A stretch of 64,000 bases of DNA from Lama glama. Taxonomy: Eukaryota. The stretch's first letter is position 1; each line of letters starts with the position of its first letter. The stretch covers positions 82,834,001 to 82,898,000 of the forward strand of contig CM052816.1 of assembly GCA_028534125.1 (NCBI GenBank). Direction: 5' to 3'. A program made the position numbers and the translations under genes. This document shows, piece by piece, positions 10,265 through 24,303 of the stretch. Below the pieces are notes generated by a model that was not told the origin of the DNA, ran no database searches, and saw nothing but the letters and a program-made list of their open reading frames with translations.

Positions 10265-12860
10265 GATACTTTCAGTCTGGAAGTTTTGGTTTCTATAAAG
10301 GCAGAGAAGCATCTATCACACTAATCTTACCTCAAATAATCATTGTAAACTCCAGACAAATTACTATGAACAACAGACTGAAATCCTTACAGAGGCTTTT
10401 GTTAGAATGAATGACAGATTAGAATCAGGCAGAGTGGAATTAGACCCTTGAAAGAAGGGTATCATACTGGGTGAGATTTATGTATATCCTGTGCTTTGAG
10501 AGCACCCCACAGTTTCTGTGGTATAAGGTGGCTAGAAATCAAGCAGAATGTGCAGTCTTTGAAGAGTCAGGAGTTAGAGGATGATGTTTGAGAACACTAA
10601 ATTGGAGAGAAGTTGAGAAGACATAATCCAGAAATATAAAAGCACAGAGGGACAATCTCCACAATCTTTATTTAAACTCCTTTCAAATCTGTGGCTGAAC
10701 CAAAAATTGTACATTAACAAGCCAGTCTTCAAAGAATCAAGGGGAGAAAGAACCACTGCAAAGCTGAAAGAGTTGACCAGAAATTTCAGCTCCTGCCTTC
10801 TTCAGTGGCTTGTGGAGTTCAAGTCCCATCGAGTTAAAGAAGAGAGACAAACCATTATCATAAGTATGTACTATGTTCTGGGCCATAAAACAATCATAAT
10901 AAATTTAAAAAGACTGAAGTCATATTGAATACATTTTCTGTCTGTGATGAAATTAGAACTAAGTTACCTCACAATAATCAAATATTTGGAAATTAATAAA
11001 AAAATTTCTAAATAAACCATGACATGAGAAGAAACCACAAAGGAAAAAAGACAATATTTTTAAACTACATAAAAATGAACACACGGCATATCTAAATTTG
11101 TGGAATGTTGCAAGAGAACCCTTACAGAGTATGTCTTTAAATATTTATTTTAGAAAAGAAGTGTCTAAAAATTAAGGTTCTGATAGTATACCTAAAGAAG
11201 TTAGAAAACAAAAGCAACTAAACTCAAAAAAATAAAAGAAAATCGTGTGCTGTACACTAGAAATGTACACATTGTAACTAACTATACTTCAGTAAAAATA
11301 AGTAAAAAATAAAAATAATTAATAAACAGATAAACAGTTAAAAATGGGGGAAATCAATTAAACAGAAAAATAAATACAATAGAGTAAACAAATTAAAAAG
11401 TGGATCTTTAAAATTAAGAAAATTAATAGATCTTTAGTTATGTCAGCCAATAAATAGATAACACCAATGTTCAGGGATTATAGGGAGAGTATCACCATGG
11501 AGTCTGCAGATATTATTGTAATAAGGGAATATTATGTGTAGCTAATGACAATGAATTCAACAATTCAGATGAAACAGACTAGTTCCTTGAAAGGTACAAC
11601 TTGCCAAAACTTGGATGAGATAATCAGAATATGTGAACAGTCATATAGTTATTATTAAAGAAATTGAAGGTATTATCAAAAACCTTCCCATGAAAATACT
11701 CCAGGAAAAATTTATTTTGCTTTTTGATTCTATCAAACCCAAAATTTAAAGAAGAAATAATGCCTATATAATATAAGCTCTTTCATAAAATACAAAAGGA
11801 AAAATACCTATCAAATTATTTTATAAGGCTAGCATACCTCTGATACCATCTCTGATACAAAAACCTGGCAATGCATATTACAAGAAAAGAATAGATTAAT
11901 TACAGAAGAAAACAAAGACACAAACCTCTGAGACTCTACGGTAGGCAAAGAAAAAATAAAATTATAAATTAGACCTTCATTTTTAAAAATATATCTTTAA
12001 AAGACAGGCAATACTATAATACAAAAAAGTAAACCACAGGCTGACAGAAAATCTAATACACATATCTGATCAAGGATTTCAAACCAGAATCAATATAGAA
12101 TTCATACAACTCAATGATAAGGATGCAAAAACAACAACAACAACAACAACGACCAAAACACCCAAACAACTAAACATAGGCAAAATATTTGAAGAGATAA
12201 TGTATAAAAGGAGAGATTCTAAATGGAATACAAGCCCATGAAATGATGCCTAATATTATCAAGCTGATGGAAGTATAAGTTAAACAGTCATTTTGGAAAA
12301 CAGTTTGGCAGGTTTTTATAAAGTTACTCTTATCATTTGATTCAGAAACTCCCCTATACATTTGCTCAAGAGAAAGGAAAATTCTCTCTCTACACAGAGG
12401 CTTCTCTGTGAAATTTATAGTGGCTGTACCTAAAACACCCAAAATTGGGGGAAAAATAAACCAACGATCATTAATACATGAATGAGTAAAAAAAATGTGG
12501 AATATTGTTCTACAATAAAAAGGAATCAACTACTATCACATGTGAAACATGAATTAATCTCAAATCATTATGTTGAGTGAAAGAGCCAGGCACGGAAAAA
12601 TACACTCTCTCTGATTCCATGTATATGACATCCCATGACAATAAAAGTGGCTATGGTGCTGGCAATCAAAAGAGTGATTAACTGTGTTGGGGTGTGGCTT
12701 ATTGTCAATAAAAGAATTGTGAGAGAACTTTTGGGGGTAAAGAAAATGTATTTCCTAATTGGGGTGCTGGTTGCATTGATTTATATATTTGTCAAAGCTC
12801 ATCAAACTATATATTAAAAATGTGCATTTTACTTTATGTAAACTTATACATAAACATTCA
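10265..12860 (+). mobile_element. Old internally deleted L1 (L1M/L1ME): 5' region, ORF2 fragments and 3' UTR
   Basis: tatgttctgggccataaaaca, ggaaattaataaa..tctaaataaacc, aaattgaagg..atcaaaaaccttcccat, cattttggaaaacagtttggcag, tttgtcaaagctcatcaaactat. Confidence 0.85.
11241..11335 (+). mobile_element. Very short younger L1 3' tip inserted in the old L1
   Basis: tgctgtacactagaaatgtacacattgtaactaactatacttca + A-rich tail matches the 3' end of the L1 at 22630-22690. Confidence 0.75.
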
Positions 12861-13739
12861 AAGAACGTAGTTCATTATTTCTTTTTTACCACAAAAGACA
12901 TGCAAGGAGAAATCAAGATAATCACAAATAGATAAAGTTTTAAGTCTATGTGTGTGCTATGAGGAAGGAAGTGCTATTCATAAACTGTAATATTACCGCA
13001 CAAGTATGTGGCATTAATTACACTTCTGTGTGAAAACATTTCAGAGAAATGAAGGCCAATGTTGATACTGATAAAAAAAAAAAAACTTGTCTCTGTAGTT
13101 TTCTCTCCCCCAAAAGAAGAACTATTTATATTAGTGGATGATCTATAGTTCACCTGTGTTTTGAAATTTCCTCATATTTGCTATGTAAAAGTAAATCAGA
13201 GTGTTAATGTACTAATGCTGTAGGATCTTGATGTAATTTGGGAAATAATAGGTAGGTAGTTAGCACATTATTTAAGTTTGCCTAAGTTTTTTAATGTGGA
13301 GTTTTCAAAAAAATATTAGATTTCCAGTAGCTGCATTGTCAAAAGAAAAGTAGGATCAGTACAATTTAACTACCCATTCTTTGAAACAGACTCACTCTCC
13401 ACATAGGCCAATCGATGTGTTTCTGTAAGGTCTCAGTGAAAACGTTCTGAAAGCTACCCAACAGTATCCCTATATAAATATATGGAAAGACATATTTGAT
13501 GAGAGAATAACTATTTGAACTTAAGGTTCAAGTAGTCAATAAATATTAGAAGTGTTTTTATTTTTTTCCAGAGTTTCGTAGGCAGAACTGTGTCCTTGAA
13601 TGGTTGAAAACTGCTGCGAGAATGTAAGGCCAAAGAATAGTTTCTGAGATTGAATCCTATCATATATCTTATCCATTGCCTACTCTCACAGGGCTTAACA
13701 CAAGAACCAGAAGTATTTATTCCTGTTCACCAAGGTGGA

Positions 13740-14835
13740 AATCACAAGCAATGACAGCCCACACTCTATCAGGAATTCTCAACTGCAAAGATGCGCTCTC
13801 AGTCAATAACTACCAAATCAATGAGGTGTGTGCCAGAACCATCAGAGGCAACAAATTGTTATGTCCAAGGAAAAATGATTGAAAATAAGTTCAATGAATT
13901 TGTTCAGAGATTTAAATTAGGGTGTCACATCCACAAAGTAAAGAATTGGCAGTTAAGAGAATTTATTGAAGATCTTGGAAATGAAAAATATAATTGCTTA
14001 TATTTAAAAATATCAATAGTTGGGTTAAGTAGTAGAATGCATACAGCTGAACAAAAATTAATGATGTGAAAAATTAGAGGAAGGAATTTTCCCAGAACAC
14101 AGCACACTGGGATAAAAGGGAAAGTAAATAGGGAAAGAAAAGAGAGGTGAAGAATAGATACAGAGGTGCTAACCTCTCTCTGGCAGAGTTTCAGAGAATA
14201 AAGATAAAGATAGTGATGCAATTATTGAAGACATGAAAGCTGAGCGCTTTATACAATGAAAGGAAGATGGGATCATCAGATTATAAGACCAAACTGAACA
14301 CCAATTAGGTTAAAAAAAAAAAAGACACATTTCTAAACATTCAGATATTTTTTTTTCAAGACAGAAAGAAAATCCTAAAAGCTGGCAGTGTAAAGGCATA
14401 AATTACCTCCAGAGCAGAAATAAGACTGAATTCGGAGTTAGTATCGTCAGTATATGAATTAGAAAAGTAGAAAGCATTTTTGAAAAAATATTTTACAAAA
14501 GAAATTTGATTTTGTAAATTCCATCTCCAGACAAACTTTTGCACTCACAATTTGAATGATTAATAAAATTCTAAGTAAAATATTTGGCAATTTTATCTAC
14601 ACCAGACTCTCTCTCTGAAAAACTCTGGAAAATGTATTCCATTGAGGATGAACAGGAGATGAATCCAGGAAGGAAGAAAGTAAGCAATATTAAGCAAAAA
14701 TAATGAACTAATTTCCATACAAATAAGCATTTTAAAGAACACATGTTTTTATACTAGTCTAGAAGCAAAGTATGGAAAGTATGGGGGTGGGGAGAGTAGA
14801 AGGAGGTAGAATTTTAGTAAGTTCCTGCCTTGAGA
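13740..14835 (+). mobile_element. L1 ORF1-like remnant (L1ME/HAL1 type)
   Basis: aaaatatcaatagttgggttaagtagtagaatgcatacagctgaa, agaaaatcctaaaagct, ataagactg. Confidence 0.65.
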
Positions 14836-14861
14836 GGATAGTGTTCATATGTTCTTAAAAG

Positions 14862-15338
14862 TGTATTAGCATGATTGGGTTTGACAGATGCAAACTATAA
14901 TGGCTTAAGTAAGGATGATATTTATTTTTCTCACATGACCGTCTCCAGTTAGACAATTCAGGGCTGTTGTGATGGCTCCGCTCTACTACTTCCCTGGTAG
15001 CTAATTTCCTTCTTTTAACCCCACCTCCTACCAGCATTTCCAATTCACCTCATGTCTTAAGGTGTTGGTTCTAGTCCCAAATATCCCCTTATAATCCACC
15101 CAGCAAGAAGTAGAAAAGGGAAAAAAAGGGATGGAGGCATAGGGTACTTGCCAGCTGTCTTTTAGTGAAGCTGACACAAGATGCTTTGGCTTCATTATCT
15201 CTGGTAAGACTTTAGTCTGAGCAACACAGACCTGTCTTGTAGTCTTTGGGTGGCTATTTACCCTCCTAAAAATCAGAGGGTACATTACTAAGGAAGAGAA
15301 GGATGATTATCACAGAAGCAACCACTCTCTCTACCACA
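14862..15338 (-). mobile_element. MLT1-family (MaLR) solo LTR
   Basis: tgtattag...atggcttaa...tttatttttctcacatga...ctctctctaccaca. Confidence 0.7.
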
Positions 15339-15594
15339 CTGAAAATGCCAAGCAAGATAGGAAAAAATAGAATAAAATAAACGTAATTAATCCAATGGGA
15401 GACCTGAAGACAGACACAGGGAACAACAACAACAAAAAGCATGATAAATAAAAAACACAGACTATGAAATTGTCCTCATGGACGTAGAATCTAAGTTTTT
15501 TTTAAACATTACTCTTTTTTTCCTTTAGCATTAAGCATTGTTTATTTTCCCCTATTTATATCTTCCCATAAATTCTGGGACTATATTTTCAATT

Positions 15595-15697
15595 CTCCCT
15601 ATTAAACTGTGATCAGTTTGGGATTGGTATTAATATTTTATTCTTCTTATCATTTCCTTAACATAATAGGCACCCAAAAAACATTTGTTTAATGATT
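15595..15697 (+). mobile_element. L2 3' end
   Basis: ctccctattaaactgtga...cataataggcacccaaaaaacatttgtttaatga. Confidence 0.6.
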
Positions 15698-16379
15698 ATT
15701 AGAACAGGTAAGTGTCTGAGATATTGGGCTTACGAAGGGCAGCTCACTGATTACATAGAATCCACAGAGAAGGGGCCATGCTGTTTAAGCTGCTTTAGCA
15801 TCAATAGTGCCTGTTTCTCAAAGAACAAATTTTAAAAATGTATATTCCAGTGGGTAAGTCAGTTCTTTGATCTAGATTATAAAGTAGATGCTGGCCACAG
15901 ATAGGAACAAAAGCTGTCGCATTCTTTGTCTTCAGGAATACAGATACACCACTGATTTTTTCCTAATGTACCCTAATCCTAGGAGTTCATGGCTTTTCTC
16001 ATTAAATATTGCAAATACAATTTAATTTTTTCTTGAAGAAGGAGTTATATAATTTCAGAGGAAAAATGAGGAATAGGCTTTTGAATAAATATAATTTCTA
16101 GTGAATTAAATAAAACTAATGAATGATGAAATAGCTCTGCACATTTTTACAGTAAATCCCTATAATGCGTACATGTTTATGTGAGTGAATGTGTGTGTGT
16201 GTGTACATATAGGTGTATGTGCGTGTGGGTGTGCATGTTTCCAAGTACATATAATTTCTGCTTTGGAGAAAAAAAATCCCAGATTTTTGTGAATAAATAA
16301 ATGCTTACACAGATATGTTTCTGGCAGGGTAGTAATAAGGTATTTCTAATAAGCACAAGGTATATTCTCCAGTAACAGT

Positions 16380-18230
16380 TGAAGGTACTTCAGATGCTGG
16401 TTTCAATTAGGAAAGATACTTCCAGGAAGCCTTATTGCTATCTGGGGCATATAAAAACTCCAAAAGTATTAAGGATAAGGCAGCCTAGGCACATTGATAG
16501 AAAGTTCAAGTAGTTACAACACACAGGAAATAGAAGAAAAATGAAAAACATAAGGTTTGTAAAGGAGGTTATGAGTTTGTCATGATTTTGGCAGTCATTT
16601 CAAGAGTGAACGTATCTGTCAAACTCAATGAACTGTACAGTTTAAATGGAACAGTTTATTGTTCTTTAATTATTCCTCAATAATGTTTTAAAAAAGTAAA
16701 ATAACTTCTTACTACTCCACCAAAAACCTTTCCTTGGATTACATAATAAAATCATGGAAAAACTAGAGACTTCCCACTACAACAACTGAGACATGTCAAA
16801 ATGCATGCAGAAAAAGCCCTTTTAAAGGGAGACCTCCCAGGCTAAATTGGTACAATTTAAGCATCAAAGTAAATAATGATTGTAATAGATTAAATTCTAT
16901 TGAATAAAATAGGAATTGAGGATTCCATATTGAAATAAATTAATATTTATGGCTAGGGCTGTCATAACAAAGGACTATACACTGGGTGGCTTAAATAAAA
17001 GCAGTTTACTTTCTCAAAATTCTGGAAGCTAGGAGTTCAAGGTTAACATGTCACGAAGGTTGGTTTCTTCTGAAGCCTCTCTCCTTAGCTTGTAGATGAT
17101 TAGATGATAGTCTTCTCCTTGGGTCTTCACATGGCCTTCCCTTTATGCAATCTCTGTGTACTAACCTCCTCTTATAAAGACACCAGTAATATTCAATTAG
17201 GACTCACGTAAACAATCTCACTTCAACTTGATTACCTCTTTAAAGACCCCATCAACAAATGCAGCCACATTAAAAGATATTGAAGGCTAGAACTTCAACA
17301 TATGAATTTGGAAGAACACAATTCAGCCCATAACAAATAAGGAAGGCTCTTTAGCGGAATGCCAATTGAAAGAAAAAAGTATAAACAATAACAGAAGTAG
17401 AAAATCTCCATTTCACCTATGAGGGTGATTACTGATTTAGATGGTAGTTGTCAATGGAGGCTAAGGTTGGTGGGTGGAGATCTGATGAGAAACTGAGGAG
17501 CAACATATTGGCTTAATCCCAGAATATTTCTCCACAATAATAATATTCAGTTGCAAAAGGAGAAATGGTGTCATTTTTAGTGAAAAAGTCTGGAAAACAC
17601 CAATATGTCCAGGTGGTCAGGATTAACAGGATTGGACAGGTCAAGGGTGACCACAGACGTGATGTACTGAGAAGAACGTATCATTCTGGTGGTATTCTTG
17701 CAAATAAAGCACAGCCTACTCAGGTCTCTGGTCATTAGCAAACACTGGATGGATCTAGCTTGAGAGGCTTGATACAGAGGATAGGCCTGTACTCTTTAAG
17801 ATAATGGGGAACATTAAAGTGAGAAAAAAACTGAAAGACAATTCCATTTGGGGGAAAGAAGAATGACAACTAAATGCAACCTGTGTTCTTGGATACTTTG
17901 TTGGGACTAGTGGTAATATATACATCAATGCTGCGGATTGGATAGTTGTGTGTATCAATGTTGATTTCCTCAACTGGAAAATTATATGGGATTATTAGGA
18001 AACTGTTGCTGTTTTGGAGAAAAAAACTAAAATATTAAAGCTAACTCTCAAAAGATTCAGAAAAAGAACAACTGATGATATTGTATGTGTATGTATTCTC
18101 TCTGTGTATGTTTGTATATGAAATGTAATGAAAACTTGAGAAACAGTGAACAAAGGTACAGAAAAATCTTTGCATTGTATTGTATTTACACATTTTTGTA
18201 TACTTTTTTACAGCTTTAACAATGAAACTT
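16380..18230 (+). mobile_element. L1MC/L1ME-type 3' region fragments, interrupted by an MLT1 LTR
   Basis: ctgtcaaactcaatgaactgtaca; acaatttaagcatcaaagtaaataatgatt; gacaactaaatgcaac..cttggat; tgtatcaatgttgatttcct. Confidence 0.7.
16941..17335 (-). mobile_element. MLT1A/B-type solo LTR
   Basis: gctagggctgtcataacaaa..actgggtggcttaaa..ttctggaagctagga..acacaattcagcccataaca. Confidence 0.85.
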
Positions 18231-19339
18231 CTAGTTAGTATAATTTTCTTACTGATTTTGCCACAAATTCATCAATAATCAAAGGAAATTTTGTTTCAAT
18301 ATAATCTTCTTAGCTTACTTAAAGCAATTTAGTAACTTCAAGATTCTGCCCAGTTCCCTCTTAATTAGATTAATTGCACTGAAGTTAAATCCATTTCATA
18401 AATTGCTCATTAAAATTTAGGGATAATCAGATAATCATCCAAGCTGATGAGTGGTCAGTAGATCTTGGCTTACAACTGAAGGAAAGACCATCATAGTTTC
18501 AGATAGGTGTAACAAATTCATTAGAAAAAGTACCAGAGCTCCTGATTGTTTTTAATGGAATCATGTCGGTACTTGGAAATGGATAGGATTCTTTTAGTTT
18601 CAGCTACTAAACTAATAATGATGTATGCATCTCATTAATCCACATCTACAAAGGATTCACTCTAACAAGTTAAGACAAATAATAGTTTGGGCACCTTAAT
18701 CTGATTATAAAACATTTTTTAAAGGTAGATCAAATAATGATCCTTGTTCCTGGAAAGAAAATTCTTAGTAGTATTGCATCTTCCTTTTTATGTGAATTCA
18801 GAAGGCTTGCCTTTGACAGATTAAAATAAGATATGTAAATTCTACCTAATGTTCAAATCAAGGTTGTAAGCTGGTCTGGTTTTCTAAAGAATTAGGTTGA
18901 GTTCTATTTATGAAATAGTGATGAAGTAACAATTATTAAATTTGTAACTGCAGTATTTATTGTTGATGTTATGTTACTAACAGAATGGGAATAATTTTAG
19001 AACTGAAAAGATTGCTAAAATGTCTAAAAATTAGACCAAAAATTAGTGATAATTACTTCTTTCCTTTCCTGTGTATCAAGATTGTTTTCACCTTCTCATC
19101 TTCTGTAAGATCAGGGAAAACTACTGATTGAAAAAAATTTTTATTTGAGATATCTGTTTATAGATGGTTTCTTATAAAATTGTTATTGTTATACTCAGAA
19201 TATCACAATCTGCACAGATTATAGAACAAAAAAGAAACATTTCACTTGTTTCTCATCCATTTGACATTCACGATGAGGCAGGCTTTCTGCTGTCATTGTT
19301 GTTATTGTTGTTCTTCCTGGATTATCCCATCAAGTTTCC

Positions 19340-19470
19340 ACCATGACAGAGGAGGTATTCAGTATTATTGCTCTAATTTTAAAATTGGGGAAACAGAGGA
19401 TCAGAGAGATCATGCAGCATGCATAAAGGCACACAGCAAGAAGTGAGGAGGAAGCTAGAATTAACTTCAC
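19340..19470 (-). mobile_element. MIR fragment
   Basis: tattattgctctaattttaaaattggggaaacagaggatcagagag...aaggcacacagc. Confidence 0.6.
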
Positions 19471-19899
19471 ATAACTTAATACGTAATTTTAACAATTTTG
19501 ATTGGTTTCATTACTTCAAAAGTTCAGGAACCTTTATTCATTAAATGGAAAACACCTTACTGATTAATTTGGTTTTTTTATTTAAGTATTTTTTAGGGAT
19601 TCCTAAAAGTAGAACTAGAGAAATCTTGTTAATCTTTGTAATGTCAAAGAATAATCAATCTTTTCATTTTTGTAAGTGGCAATTTTATTAATATTAACCA
19701 TGTCCTAAAAATCTAAAGTTCAATACTATTAGGCCATTTATTTCCTATCATTATGGTTCAGTTTGAAAATAAATATGGGAAATGAAATATATGCTTTTAA
19801 CACATGTAAAGTATTATAAAACATAACACCCATGTATTTTCTATGAGAACTGATTCTCCCCCAAACCGTAATTGATTAATCCATATTCACCTAACCATT

Positions 19900-20490
19900 A
19901 ATTATGTTACTGTTTTTGAAATGCAAAACACATACAAGAAAGAACACAATCACAAGTGAGAACTAGAAGTCTCTCCTGCATTCTCTGAATCACTTCCTCC
20001 TTCTCTCCAAAGGTGGCTCTCAAACTCAAACTTGTAGCTTATATCAGCTTTACCTGTTTTGGGAATAAATATAATGATAGACTTTATATTCTACTGAGTC
20101 TAGTTAATTTCACTCAGTGTTTATGAGAGTTATCAATTTTAAAGGTTTGAAATCAATCAATGCAATTCACTTCCTTAACAATATAATGGGGCAATAAACA
20201 AGTGATTTAGGAAAACATTTGACAAAAATCAAACAATAATTCATGATAAAAATTTAGCAAACTGGCATTAGAAAGAACCCTTAGTTAAAATACACAGAGA
20301 TTTCACAATTTTATAACAAATCTTTCCTTTCAAAATTAATACCACATATAATGTTAAGTAATAAGTTGTTAAGTTGATTCAGTATCATCACTGTTATGTT
20401 ATATTGCTATATTTTTAAGTGGTGAACTTGATACATTTTAATTGCCATTTTAATATAATTTATTTAAGAGACAATTTATAGTTTCTTAAT
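19900..20490. mobile_element. Mixed old L1 fragments
   Basis: aaatcaatcaatgcaattcac..aaaacatttgacaaaaatcaa..ttcatgataaaa (L1 ORF2, +) flanked by antisense L1ME-like sequence. Confidence 0.55.
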
Positions 20491-20503
20491 ATTATTTAAA
20501 GAG

Positions 20504-20964
20504 TGTGTAGTTTCCTATGATTACCATAACAACTTACCACACACTAGGTGGTTTATAACACAAATTTCTTATAACAAAGAATTTCTTATAACAAAAATCT
20601 TCAGAAAGTTCCGGAGGCTAGGAGTTTGAAATCAAGCTATTGACAGGGCAGTGTTCACTCTTCAGGCTCTAAGGAAGTCTCCTTCCTTTTCCTAGCTTCG
20701 GGTGGTTTCTGGCAATTCTTGCAATCCCTTAGCTTGGAGACACATCACTCCAATTTCTGGCTCTGCTGTCTGCCTTTTTCCCTTAGACCATTTCTGTCTT
20801 CACTTGATCTTCCTATAAGGGCACCAGTCATATCCTAATCCAATGTGAACTCATATAAACAAACTTGGCTAACTATATCTGCAAAGACGCTGATTCCAAA
20901 TAAAGTCAAATTTGAGATTCTTGGTGGATATGAATTTTTGGAGAACACTATTTAATCCAGTAAA
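20504..20964 (-). mobile_element. MLT1C/D-type solo LTR
   Basis: tgtgtagtttcctatgattaccataacaacttaccac..ggaggctaggagtttgaaatcaag..tctgcaaagac..ttccaaataaagtca..gaacactattt. Confidence 0.85.
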
Positions 20965-21781
20965 AAGACTTTTCATTGAAATCCAGGACTATTTTTTTCC
21001 CAATGGCTTTGCTTATTGTCAAAAATATAGACAGCAATTTTTAAATTAAATAAAGATAATAGTGAATTGTTTTATAAAGTAAGATTTCAATATTGATGTC
21101 ATGTTCACTGTCAAACACTCATATTTACCTATTAATAATTATAGCTAAAGTTTCTAACATGTCAATAATTTGAAAATATATATTTCTATGATTTACCATA
21201 ATTATTTCTTTATTTTATTATATATTTGTGAAGTTTTTTCAAATTTCTGTGTATTCTTATGGTTCTTGACACTAATGTCCTCTATACAATGATGGATTAA
21301 TATTGCTAGATTCCTATATTCTATAATAACTCAGCATGATTTCTTGGGCCAAGGTGATAATAACACACTGTCATGTAAAGTAGTATAAAATGTTATTTTT
21401 CATCAAGATTCTTCAAGTTTCTTTGTACTTGAAAATATGCAATATCTAAATCTGAAATTTGTCATTAATTTTAAAATAATAAGGTTAAGCTCTTACTGTG
21501 ACTCATTATTTTAGAAACTTATTTCATGTTTTGCAACACAATTCTCAGACATGCTCATTTTGAAATAAGTCCTAGGTATATTTTTGTTTTTTACACATAA
21601 GTAGGTAATCTACATTACATATAGATATTTCTATGTTATAAGATTATTTATGTTATTAAAACTACTTCTCAAGGCAGAATGTGTTAGACAATGAAAACTT
21701 TTTAAAAAGTGCTCTTTCAAGCAAAATGATGTCTTTAGGTAAGCTAGAGTAGAATTAATTATGGAGTTAACAGTACATGTT

Positions 21782-22688
21782 CTTTTTCCAGTGAAGACAT
21801 ACAAATGGCCAACAGGCTTATGAAAAAATGCTCAATATCACTAATTATCAGAAAAATGCACATCAAAACTACAATGAGGTACCACCTAACAACAGTCAGA
21901 ATGACCACCATTAAAAAGCCCATAAATGATAAATGTTGGAGAGGGTGTGGAGAAAGGGAATCCTCCTACACTGTTGGTGGGAATGTAGTTTGGTGCAGTA
22001 TGATGTAAAACAGTATGGAGATTCCTTAAAAACTGAAAATAGCCTTACCATATGACCTAGCAATCCCACTCCTGGGCATATATCCAGAGAGAACTCTAAT
22101 TCAAAAAGATAAATGCAATCCAGTATACACAGAAGCACTATATACTATAGCCAAGAAATGGAAGCAACTTGAATATCCATCAACAGATGACTGGATGAAG
22201 AAGCTGTGGTGTATTTATGCAATGGAATATTGACTCAGACACAAAAAAGAACAAAATAATGCCATTTGCAGCAACATGGATGGACCTGGAGATTGATTGA
22301 CATAGTAAGTAGAGTAATTCAGAAAAAGAAAGAGAAATACTATATATCACTCATATGTAGAATCTTAAAAAAAAAAGGGGGGGGACACAAATGAACTTAT
22401 TTACAAAACAGAGACCAACTCACAGACATAGAAAACAAACTTATGGTTACAGGGTGGGGGGGCAGTGGAGGGATAAATTAGGAGTTTGGGATTTGCAAAT
22501 ACTATCTACTATATACAAAATAGATAAACAACAGGATCCTACTGTATAACACAGGGAACTATATTCAATACCTTATAATGGCCTAGAATGAAAAAGAGTA
22601 TGAAAAGGACTATATATGTATAAATGAATCACTATGCTGTACACTAGAAATAAACATATTGTAAATTAAATATACTTCAATTTAAAAA
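21782..22688 (+). mobile_element. 5'-truncated artiodactyl/camelid L1 (ORF2 C-terminus + 3' UTR) with TSD
   Basis: ORF 21805 [36 protein letters not shown] is the L1 ORF2 C-terminus; TSD aacagtacatgtt (21769-21781) / aagagtatatgtt (22687-22699). Confidence 0.95.
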
Positions 22689-24303
22689 GAGTATATGTTA
22701 TACATAATAGATGCCATCAAAGTTCAGAGCTAATCAGTGGAAAAAGAGACAAACTATTTAGATGTTTATTTTCCTTTTTTAGTTGATATTTTAAAATACA
22801 CAGTATATAAAACAATAGCAAATTTGTTTATTTTTCACTCAGTATCAAATGAGTGGGGATTCTTTACTCAAATTGGTAAATAATGAAAGCAAAAAGCTGA
22901 TTAGTGAATACTTTATATTGCAGAAAACCATTCTGACGTAACAGAAACAGTAATTTACACCGTACTAATGATGAAAATTTTGACAATTAACATAATACAC
23001 AAAGTAATTGGAGGCATTTTGCCATTCATTATTGAGAGACACGTTTGATTTATCAGTGTATCACCAAATTATGCATGCATTCACACTCTTTCTCTTACTG
23101 AAAATTATTTTTCTAATTCCTTTTTCTTGTTTTTTGAATTAGCTTCTGTGGAGTATTTAGTGACTCTCAATGACACATTATATATTTTATTTTTATAATG
23201 AACAACTTTATCAAGCAAACAATTAGTTGGGACTATATCATAAAGAATATTTTTTTAGGAGGGTCATTTAATTTTTTTATTCCTAGGCAAATTTATGTTT
23301 CTTAGCATAACCTACTCTTAAATTTCTTATTTACTTTAAATTAAAAATAAATTCAACAAAAAGAAGAATATATTAAGTGTACAACATTATAATGCTCCTT
23401 GATATAGCTTCTATGCTTCAAAAATCACTCTGCTATATGCCTTTGCTAAATAAGTCATCCAGAGAACTTCAGAAACATACAATAAATTCAGAGTTGACAA
23501 AGTCAGAGTTGACAAAATCTTAAGGTTAAGGTTATGACAAGGCTTTCTATCGTTTTTAAGCTGAACTATTACAAATGAAACTCTTATTATAAGATCTGGA
23601 AAGAAGGTAGTCACATTTCAAAGAGGCATCTCTTAAGACAATACTGCATACAAAATGAAGACTTCAGTTTCGATTGTTCAATAGAGGAATGCATAGATGA
23701 AATTTCTAAATATAATTTTAATGCTGTGCCAAACTAAGTAGGAAACCAACCTTGAAATATGATCAAATTAAATTTTTGTTATGTTTCAAAAGGAACTCTT
23801 TCATATAGAAAGAAAGCTATTTCATGCACAACATCAAAACTCAACATGTGGGAACTTTTATTCTGGGAAGATGGAATAGGCGTACTTTTCCTTGCCCTCC
23901 TGCTGAATAGTGTTCTTTGGAGATACTTTCTTAAATATTGTTTCAGAAAGGTAATGATTTTCTTAAATTTGGATTGATTGATGCTTTAAAAAGAATTAAG
24001 CCTTTCCAAATCTTAAGATGATTTATTTATAAAATGATTAGAACATTGATAGCAATCTAAAATTAGATAATATTTAAACACTCTAATTTTCAAATACATT
24101 TTAGTTATAAGTGAAATGACGGTTTGTAATCATACACTGAATGATTTTCTCATCATTGATTATTTGAGAGAGTAGTAAACTCAGGTGAAGAGTCATTGCT
24201 GCATTCATTCTTCAAATATTTATAGCGTACTGTGTGTCTGTAATATGCCCTTGTCAGGCTGAGTTGTGGCACAGTGGTAAAGAGGAGATTAATATCAAAT
24301 GCA

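Noticed and set aside
20562..20597. ~18-bp tandem duplication inside the MLT1 LTR (similar 15-bp one near 23489)
   Set aside because: Ordinary slippage micro-duplications.
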